Assembly: GCA_964016885.1 (NCBI GenBank)
Contig: OZ024742.1
Coordinates: 215,450,001 to 215,514,000, forward strand
Length of the DNA: 64,000 nucleotides
Source of the DNA: Eledone cirrhosa
Lineage: Eukaryota
Direction of reading: 5' to 3'
Under the pieces are notes generated by a model. The model worked only from the letters and a program-made list of their open reading frames with translations, was not told where the DNA came from and made no database searches. Of the stretch, positions 54,401 through 64,000 are shown one piece after another; within the stretch, counting starts at the first letter, position 1; the number at the start of each line of letters is the position of its first letter. The position numbers were made by a program, and so were the translations under genes.

Positions 54401-57400
54401 GAGAGTTAGATAGCTGGTGGAGTGGTGTTTGTAGCGGTGTTTTGTTGGTGATAGTTAGATAGTTGGTGGAGTGGTGTTTGTAGTGGTGTCATGTTGTTGA
54501 TAGTTAGATAGTTGGTGAAGTGATGTTTGTAGTGGTGTGTTGTTGGTGATAGTTAGATAGTTGGTGGAGTGGTGTTTGTAGTGGTGTGTTGTTGGTGATA
54601 GTTAGATAGATGGTGGAGTGGTGTTTGTAGTGGTGTGTTGTTGGTGATAGTGAGATAGATGGTGGGGTGGTGTTTGTAGTGGTGTGTTGTTGGTGATAGT
54701 TAGATAGTTGGTTGAGTGGTGTTTATAGTGGTGTGTTGTTGCTGATAGTTAGATAGTTGGTGGAGTGGTGTTTGTAGTGTTGTGTTGTTGCTGATAGTTA
54801 GATAGTTGGTGGAGTGGTGTTTGTAGTGGTTTGTTGTTGGTGATAGTTAGATAGTTGTTGGAATGGTGTTTGTAGTTGTGTGTTGTTGGTGACAGATAGT
54901 TGGTGGAGTGGTGTTTTTAGTGGTGTGTTGTTGGTGATAGTTAGATAGTTGGTGAAGTGGTGTTTGTAGTGGTGTGTTGTTGCTGATAGTTAGATAGATG
55001 GTGGAGTGGTGTTTGTAGTGGTGTGTTGTTGGTGATATTTAGATAGTTGGTGGAGTGGTGTTTGTAGTGATGCGTTGTTGGTGACAGTTAGATAGTTGGT
55101 GGAGTGGTGTTTGTAGCGGTGTGTTGTTGGTGGAGTGGTGTTTGTAGTGGTTTGTTGTTGGTGATAGTTAGATAGTTGTTGGAATGGTGTTTGTAGTTGT
55201 GTGTTGTTGGTGACAGATAGTTGGTGGAGTGGTGTTTTTAGTGGTGTGTTGTTGGTGATAGTTAGATAGTTGGTGCAGTGGTGTTTGTAGTGGTGTGTTG
55301 TTGGTGATAGTTAGATAGTTGGTGCAGTGGTGTTTGTATTGGTGTGTTGTTGGTGATAGGTAGATAGTTGGTGGAGTCGTGTTTGTAGTGGTGTGTTGTT
55401 GCTGATAGTGAGATAGATGGTGGAGTGGTGTTTGTAGTGGTGTGTTGTTACTGATAGTGAGATAGATGCTGGAGTAGGTGTTTCTAGTGGTGTGTTGTTG
55501 GTGATAGTTAGATAGTTGGTGGAGTGGTGTTTGTAGTGGTGTGTTGTTGCTGATAGTGAGATAGATGGTGGAGTGGTGTTTATAGTGGTGTGTTGTTGCT
55601 GATAGTGAGATAGATGGTGGAGTGGTGTTTGTAGTGGTGTGTTGTTGGTGATAGTAGATAGATGGTGGAGTAGTGTTTGTAGTGATGTGTTGTTGGTGAT
55701 AGTTAGATAGTTGGTGGAGTGGTGTTTGTAGTGGTGTGCTGTTGCCGATAGTCAGATAGATGTTGGAGTGGTGTTTGTAGTGGTGTGTTGTTGGTGATAG
55801 ATAGATAGTTGGTCATGTTGTGTTTGTAGTATTGTGTTGTTGCTGATAGTTAGATAGTTGGTGGAGTGGTGTTTGTAGTCGTGTGTTGTTGGTAATAGTT
55901 AGATAGTTGGTGGAGTGGTGTTTGTAGTGGTGTGTTGTTGCTGATAGTTAGATAGATGGTGGATTGGTGTTTGTAGTGGTGTGTTGTTGGTGATAGTTAG
56001 ATAGTTGCTGGAGTGGTGTTTGTAGTGGTGTGTTGTTGCTGATAGTTAGGTAGTTGGTGGAGTGGTGTTTGTAGTGGTGTGTTGTTGGTGATAGTGAGAT
56101 AGATGGTGGAGTGGTGTTTGTAGTGGTGTGTTGTTGCTGATAGTTAGATAGTTGGTGGAGTGGTGTTTGTAGTGGTGTGGTGTAGGTGATAGTTAGATAG
56201 ATGGTGGAGTGTTGTTTATAGTGGTGTGTTGTTGGTATAGTTAGATAGTTGGTGGAGTAGTGTTTGTAGTGATGTGTTGTTTCTGATAGTTAGATTGTTG
56301 GTGGAGTGGTGTTTGTAGTGGTGTCATGTTGTTGACAGTTAGATAGTTGGTGGAGTGGTGTTTGTAGTGGTGTGTTGTTGGTGATAGTTAGATAGTTGGT
56401 GGAGTGGTGTTTGTAGTGGTGTGTTGTTGGTGATAGTGAGATAGATGGTGGAGTGGTGTTTGTAGTGGTGTGTTGTTGGTGATAGTTAGATAGTTGGTTG
56501 AGTGGTGTTTATAGTGGTGTGTTGTTGCTGATAGTTAGACAGTTGGTGGAGTGGTGTTTGGAGTGGAGTTTGTAGTGGTGTGTTGTTGGTGATAGTTAGA
56601 TAGTTGGTAAAGTGGTGTTTGTAGTGGTGTGTTGTTGCTGATAGTTAGATAGTTGGTGGAGTGGTTTTGTAGTGGTGTGTTGTTGGTCATAGTTAGATAG
56701 TTGGTGGAGTGGTGTTTATAGTGGTGTGTTGTTGGTGATAGTTAGATAGTTGGTGAAGTGGTGTTTGTAGTTGTGTGTTGTTGCTGATAGTTAGAGAGAT
56801 GGTGGAGTGGTGTTTGTAGTGGTGTGTTGTTGGTGATATTTAGATAGTTGGTGGAGTGGTGTTTGTAGCGGTGTTTTGTTGGTGATAGTTAGATAGTTGG
56901 TGGAGTGGTGTTTGTAGTGGTGTCATGTTGTTGATAGTTAGATAGTTGGTGAAGTGATGTTTGTAGTGGTGTGTTGTTGGTGATAGTTAGATAGTTGGTG
57001 GAGTGGTGTTTGTAGTGGTGTGCTGTTGGTGATAGTTAGATAGATGGTGGAGTGGTGTTTGTAGTGGTGTGTTGTTGGTGATAGTGAGATAGATGGTGGG
57101 GTGGTGTTTGTAGTGGTGTGTTGTTGGTGATAGTTAGATAGTTGGCGGAGTGGTGTTTGTAGTGGTGTGTTGTTGCTGATAGTTAGATAGTTGGCGGAGT
57201 GGTGTTTGTAGTGGTGTGGTGTTGGTGATAGTTAGATAGTTGGTGGAGTGGTGTGTTGTTGCTGATAGTTAGATAGTGTTGGAGTGGTGTTTGTAGTGGT
57301 GTGTTGTTGCTGATAGTTAGATAGTTGGTGGAGTGGTGTTTGTAATGGTGTTGTGTTGGTGATAGTTAGATAGTTGGTGGAGTGGTGTTTGTAGTGGTGT

Positions 57401-60400
57401 GTTGTTGGTGATAGTAGATAGATGGTGGAGTAGTGTTTGTAGTGATGTGTTTTTGGTGATAGTTAGATAGTTGGTGGAGTGGTGTTTGTAGTGGTGTGCT
57501 GTTGCCGATAGTCAGATAGATGTTGGAGTGGTGTTTGTAGTGGTGTGTTGTTGGTGATAGATAGATAGTTGGTCATGTTGTGTTTGTAGTATTGTGTTGT
57601 TGCTGATAGTTAGATAGTTGGTGGAGTGGTGTTTGTAGTCGTGTGTTGTTGGTAATAGTTAGATAGTTGGTGGAGTGGTGTTTGTAGTGGTGTGTTGTTG
57701 CTGATAGTTAGATAGATGGTGGATTGGTGTTTGTAGTGGTGTGTTGTTGGTGATAGTTAGATAGTTGCTGGAGTGGTGTTTGTAGTGGTGTGTTGTTGCT
57801 GATAGTTAGGTAGTTGGTGGAGTGGTGTTTGTAGTGGTGTGTTGTTGCTGATAGTTATATAGTTGGTGGAGTGGTGTTTGTAGTGGTGTGGTGTTGGTGA
57901 TAGTTAGATAGTTGGTGGATTGGTGTTTGTAGTGGTGTGTTGTTGCTGATAGTTAGATAGTTGGTGGAGTGGTGTTTGTAGTGGTGTGGTGTAGGTGATA
58001 GTTAGATAGATGGTGGAGTGTTGTTTATAGTGGTGTGTTGTTGGTATAGTTAGATAGTTGGTGGAGTAGTGTTTGTAGTGATGTGTTGTTTCTGATAGTT
58101 AGATTGTTGGTGGAGTGGTGTTTGTAGTGGTGTCATGTTGTTGACAGTTAGATAGTTGGTGGAGTGGTGTTTGTAGTGGTGTGTTGTTGGTGATAGTTAG
58201 ATAGTTGGTGGAGTGGTGTTTGTAGTGGTGTGTTGTTGGTGATAGTGAGATAGATGGTGGAGTGGTGTTTGTAGTGGTGTGTTGTTGGTGATAGTTAGAT
58301 AGTTGGTTGAGTGGTGTTTATAGTGGTGTGTTGTTGCTGATAGTTAGACAGTTGGTGGAGTGGTGTTTGGAGTGGAGTTTGTAGTGGTGTGTTGTTGGTG
58401 ATAGTTAGATAGTTGGTAAAGTGGTGTTTGTAGTGGTGTGTTGTTGCTGATAGTTAGATAGTTGGTGGAGTGGTTTTGTAGTGGTGTGTTGTTGGTCATA
58501 GTTAGATAGTTGGTGGAGTGGTGTTTATAGTGGTGTGTTGTTGGTGATAGTTAGATAGTTGGTGAAGTGGTGTTTGTAGTGGTGTGTTGTTGCTGATAGT
58601 TAGAGAGATGGTGGAGTGGTGTTTGTAGTGGTGTGTTGTTGGTGATATTTAGATAGTTGGTGGAGTGGTGTTTGTAGCGGTGTTTTGTTGGTGATAGTTA
58701 GATAGTTGGTGGAGTGGTGTTTGTAGTGGTGTCATGTTGTTGATAGTTAGATAGTTGGTGAAGTGATGTTTGTAGTGGTGTGTTGTTGGTGATAGTTAGA
58801 TAGTTGGTGGAATGGTGTTTGTAGTGGTGTGCTGTTGGTGATAGTTAGATAGATGGTGGAGTGGTGTTTGTAGTGGTGTGTTGTTGGTGATAGTGAGATA
58901 GATGGTGGGGTGGTGTTTGTAGTGGTGTGTTGTTGGTGATAGTTAGATAGTTGGCGGAGTGGTGTTTGTAGTGGTGTGTTGTTGCTGATAGTTAGATAGT
59001 TGGCGGAGTGGTGTTTGTAGTGGTGTGGTGTTGGTGATAGTTAGATAGTTGGTGGAGTGGTGTGTTGTTGCTGATAGTTAGATAGTTGGTGGAGTGGTGT
59101 TTGTAGTGGTGTGTTGTTGCTGATAGTTAGATAGTTGGTGGAGTGGTGTTTGTAGTGGTGTTGTGTTGGTGATAGTTAGATAGTTGGTGGAGTGGTGTTT
59201 GTAGTGGTGTGTTGTTGCTGATAGTTAGATAGTTGGTGGAGTGGTGTTTGCAGTGGTGTGGTGTTGGTGATAGTTAGATAGTTGGTGGAGTGGTGTTTGT
59301 AGTGGTGTGTTGTTGCTGATAGATAGATAGTTGGTGGAGTGGTGTTTGTAGTGGTGTGGTGTTGGTGATAGTTAGATAGATGGTGGAGTGTTGTTTATAG
59401 TGGTGTGTTGTTGGTACAGTTAGATAGTTGGTGGAGTGGTGTTTGTAGTGGTGTGTTGTTGCTGATAGTTAGATAGTTGGTGGAGTGGTGTTTGTAGTGG
59501 TGTGGTGTTGGTGATAGTTAGATAGATGGTGGAGTGGTGTTTGTAGTGGTGTGTTGTTGGTATAGTTAGATAGTTGGTGGAGTGGTGTTTGTAGTGGTGT
59601 GTTGTTGCTGATAGTTAGATAGATGGTGGAGTGCTGTTTGAAGTGGTGTGTTGTTGCTGATAGTTAGATAGTTGGTGGAGTGGTGTTTGTAGTGCTGTGG
59701 TGTTGGTGATAGTTAGATAATTGGTGGAGTGGTGTTTGTAGTGGTGTGTTGTTGGTGATAGTTAGATAGTTGGTGGAGTGGTGTTTGTAGTGGTGTGTTG
59801 TTACTGATAGTTAGATAGATGGTGGAGTGGTGTTTGTAGTGGTGTGTTGTTGCTGATAGTGAGATAGATGTTGGAGTGGTGTTGGTAGTGGTGTGTTGTT
59901 GGTGATAGTTAGATAGTTGGTGGAGTGGTGTTTGTAGTGGTGTGTTGTTGCTGATAGTGAGATAGATGGTGGAGTGGTGTTTATAGTTGTGTGTTGTTGA
60001 TGATAGTGAGATAGATGGTGGAGGCGTGTTTGTAGTGGTGTGTTGTTGGTGATAGTAGATAGATGGTGGAGTAGTGTTTGCAGTGATGTGTTGTTGGTGA
60101 TAGTTAGATAGTTGGTGGAGTGGTGTTTGTAGTGGTGTGTTGTTGGTGATAGTTAGATAGTTGGTGAAGTGGTGTTTGTAGTGGTGTATTGTTGGTGATA
60201 GTTAGATAGTTGGTGGAGTGGTGTTTGTAGTGTTGTGGTGTTGGTGATAGTTAGATAGATGGTGGAGTGGTGTTTGTAGTGGTGTGTTGTTGGTATAGTT
60301 AGATAGTTGGTGGAGTGGTGTTTGTAGTGGTGTGTTGTTGCTGATAGTTAGATAGATGGTGGAGTGCTGTTTGTAGTGGTGTGTTGTTGGGGATAGTTAG

Positions 60401-63400
60401 ATAGATGGTGGAGTGGTGTTTGCAGTGGTGTGTTGTTGGTGATAGTTAGATAGTTGGTGGAGTGGTGTTTGTAGTGGTGTGTTGTTGCTGATAGTTAGAT
60501 AGTTGTTGGAGTGGTGTTTGTAGTGCTGTGTTGTTGCTGATATTTAGATAGTTGGTGGAGTGGTGTTTGTAGTGGTGTGTTGTTGCTGATGGTTAGATAG
60601 TTGATAGAGTGGTGTTTATAGTGGTGTGTTGTTGCTGATAGTTAGATAGTTGGTGGAGTGGTGTTTGTAGTGGTGTGTTGTTGGTGATAGATAGATAGAT
60701 GGTGGAGTGGTGTTTGTAGTGGTGTGTTGTTGCTGATAGTTAGATAGTTGGTGGAGTGGTGTTAGTAGTGGTGTGTTGTTGGTGATAGTTAGATAGATGG
60801 TGGAGTGGTGTTTGTAGTGGTGTGTTGTTTCTGATAGTTAGATAGTTGGTGGTGTGGTGTTTGTAGTGATGTGTTGTTGGTGATAGTTAAATAGATGGTG
60901 GAGTGGTGTTTGTAGTGGTGTGTTGTTGCTGATAGTTAGATAGTTGGTGGAATGGTGTTTGTAGTGGTGTGTTGTTGGTGAAAGTTAGATACTTGGTGGA
61001 GTGGTGTTTGTAGTGATGTGTTGTTTCTGAATAGTTAGATAGTTGGTGGAGTGGTGTTTGTAGTGGTGTGTTGTTGCTGATAGTGAGATAGATGTTGGAG
61101 TGGTGTTGGTAGTGGTGTGTTGTTGGTGATAGTTAGATAGTTGGTGGAGGGGTGTTTGTAGTGGTGTGTTGTTGGTGATAGTAGATAGATGGTGGAGTAC
61201 TGTTTGCAGTGATGTGTTGTTGGTGATAGTTAGATAGTTGGTGGAGTGGTGTTTGTAGTGGTGTGTTGTTGGTGATAGTTAGATAGTTGGTGAAGTGGTG
61301 TTTGTAGTGGTGTATTGTTGGTGATAGTTAGATAGATGGTGGAGTGGTGTTTGTAGTGATGTGTTGTTTCTGATAGTTAGATAGTTGGTGGAGTGGTGTT
61401 TGTAGTGGTGTCATGTTGTTGATAGTTAGATAGTTGGTGGAGTGGTGTTTGTAGTGGTGTCATGTTGTTGATAGTTAGATAGTTGGTGAAGTGATGTTTG
61501 TAGTGGTGTGTTGTTGGTGATAGTTAGATAGTTGGTGGAGTGGTGTTTGTAGTGGTGTGTTGTTGGTGATAGTTAGATAGATGGTGGAGTGGTGTTTGTA
61601 GTGGTGTGTTGTTGGTGATAGTGAGATAGATGGTGGAGTGGTGTTTGTAGTGGTGTGTTGTTGGTGATAGTTAGATAGTTGGTTGAGTGGTGTTTATAGT
61701 GGTATGTTGTTGCTGATAGTTAGATAGTTGGTGGAGTGGTGTTTGTAGTGGTGTGTTGTTGCTGATAGTTAGATAGTTGGTGGAGTGGTGTTTGTAGAGG
61801 TGTGTTGTTGCTGATAGTTAGATAGTTGGTGGACAGGTGATTGTAGTGGTGTGTTGTTGGTGATAGTTAGATAGTTGGTGGAGTGGTGTTTGTAGTGGTG
61901 TGGTGTTGGTGATAGTTAGATAGTTGGTGGAGTGGTGTGTTGTTGCTGATAGTTAGATAGTTGGTGGAGTGGTGTTTGTAGTGGTGTGTTGTTGCTGATA
62001 GTTAGATAGTTGGTGGAGTGGTGTTTGTAGTGGTGTGGTGTTGGTGATAGTTAGATAGTTGGTGGAGTGGTGTTTGTAGTGGTGTGTTGTTGCTGATAGT
62101 TAGATAGTTGGTGGAATGGTGTTTGTAGTGGTGTGGTGTTGGTGATAGTTAGATAGATGGTGGAGTGTTGTTTATAGTGGTGTGTTGTTGGTACAGTTAG
62201 ATAGTTGGTGGAGTGGTGTTGGTAGTGGTGTGTTGTTGCTGATAGTTAGATAGTTGGTGGAGTGGTGTTTGTAGTGGTGTGGTGTTGGTGATAGTTAGAT
62301 AGATGGTGGAGTGGTGTTTGTAGTGGTGTGTTGTTGGTATAGTTAGATAGTTGGCGGAGTGGTGTTTGTAGTGGTGTGTTGTTGCTGATAGTTAGATAGA
62401 TGGTGGAGTGGTGTTTGAAGTGGTGTGTTGTTGCTGATAGTTAGATAGTTGGTGTAGTGGTGTTTGTAGTGGTGTGGTGTTGGTGATAGTTAGATGATTG
62501 GTGGAGTGGTGTTTGTAGTGGTGTGTTGTTGGTGATAGTTAGATAGTTGGTGGAGTGGTGTTTGTAGTGGTGTGTTGTTACTGATAGTTAGATAGATGGT
62601 GGAGTGCTGTTTGTAGTGGTGTGTTGTTGGTGATAGTTAGATAGATGGTGGAGTGATGTTTGCAGTGGTGTGTTGTTGGTGATAGTTAGATAGTTGGTGG
62701 AGTGGTGTTTGTAGTGGTGTGTTGCTGCTGATAGTTAGATAGTTGTTGGAGTGGTGTTTGTAGTGCTGTGTTGTTGCTGATATTTTGATAGTTGGTGGAG
62801 TGGTGTTTGTAGTGGTGTGTTGTTGCTGATGGTTAGATAGTTGATGGAGTGGTGTTTATAGTGGTGTGTTGTTGCTGATAGTTAGATAGATGGTGGAGTG
62901 GTGTTTGTAGTGGTGTGTTGTTGGTGATAGATAGATAGATGGTGGAGTGGTGTTTGTAGTGGTGTGTTGTTGCTGATAGTTAGATAGTTGGTGGAGTGGT
63001 GTTAGTAGTGGTGTGTTGTTGGTGATAGTTAGATAGATGGTGGAGTGGTGTTTGTAGTGGTGTGTTGTTTCTGATAGTTAGATAGTTGGTGGTGTGGTGT
63101 TTGTAGTGGTGTGTTGTTGGTGATAGTTAAATAGATGGTGGAGTGGTGTTTGTAGTGGTGTGTTGTTGCTGATAGTTAGATAGTTGGTGGAATGGTGTTT
63201 GTAGTGGTGTGTTGTTGGTGAAAGTTAGATAGATGGTGGGGTGGTGTTTGTAGTGGTGTGTGGTTGGTGATAGTTAGATAGATGTTGGAGTGGTGTTTGT
63301 AGTGGTGTGTTGTTGGTGATAGTTAGATAGTTGGTGGAGTGGTGTTTGTAGTGGTGTGTTGTCGGTGATAGTTAGATAGATGGTGGTGTGGTGTTTGTAG

Positions 63401-64000
63401 TGGTGTGTTGTCGGTGATAGTTAGATAGATGGTGGAGTGGTGTTTGTAGTGAGGTGTTGTTGCTGATAGTTAGATAGTTGGTGGAGTGGTGTTTTAGTGG
63501 TGTGTTGTTGGTGATAGTTAGATAGATGGTGGAGTGGTGTTTCTAGTGGTGTGTTGTTGGTGATAGTTAGATAGTTGGTGGAGTGGTTTTTGTAGTCGTT
63601 TGTTGTTTCTGATAGTTAGATAGATGGTGGAGTGGAGTGGTGTTTGTAGTGATGTGTTGTTGGTGATTGTTAGATAGTTAGTGGAGTGTTGTTTGTAGTG
63701 GTGTGCTGTTTGTGATAGTTAGATAGATGGTGGAGTGGTGTTTCTAGTGGTGTGTTGTTGCTGATAGTTAGATAGATGGTGGAGTGCTGTTTGTAGTGGT
63801 GTGTTGTTGGTGATAGTTAGATAGATGGTGGAGTGGTGTTTGCAGTGGTGTGTTGTTGGTGATAGTTAGATAGTTGGTGGAGTGGTGTTTGTAGTGGTGT
63901 GTTGTTGCTGATAGTTAGATAGTTGTTGGAGTGGTGTTTGTAGTGCTGTGTTGTTGCTGATATTTAGATAGTTGGTGGAGTGGTGTTTGTAGTGGTGTGT
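36422..64000. repeat. 49-bp tandem satellite array (about 560 monomers, continues past the window end)
   Basis: Consensus gatagttagatagWtggtggagtggtgtttgtagtggtgtgttgttgSt; successive starts at 36442 and 36491 give a period of 49. Confidence 0.98.

Noticed and set aside
36422-64000. CRISPR-like or coding repeat (64-aa ORFs at 42405, 48625, 49839)
   Set aside because: Contiguous monomers without unique spacers, no cas genes; the ORFs are chance stop-free stretches in duplicated blocks.

Overview
Eukaryotic, gene-free, repeat-dominated window. The dense (TA)n/(CA)n/(GA)n microsatellites, Meta-type tRNA SINEs and Penelope-like elements suggest an animal, probably cephalopod/octopus-like genome (inference). 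Bases 1-36.4 kb are a mosaic of microsatellites carrying five Penelope-like element (PLE) coding remnants (four Naiad-like, one Neptune-like), two RTE LINE 3' fragments, one Tx1/L1 endonuclease fragment and five SINEs. Reading by eye, this part also holds about 21 type I hammerhead ribozyme (HHR) motifs from roughly ten sequence families. Many sit in small non-coding elements arranged as tandem units (322 and 449 nt, retrozyme-like) or as inverted/fold-back pairs, and several share a conserved downstream YACTC-N11-17-GAGTR hairpin. Bases 36.4-64 kb are one G/T-rich 49-bp satellite array with kilobase higher-order duplications. No host protein-coding gene is supported; nearly all listed ORFs are microsatellite read-throughs. 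All structures were folded by hand and none has been tested.
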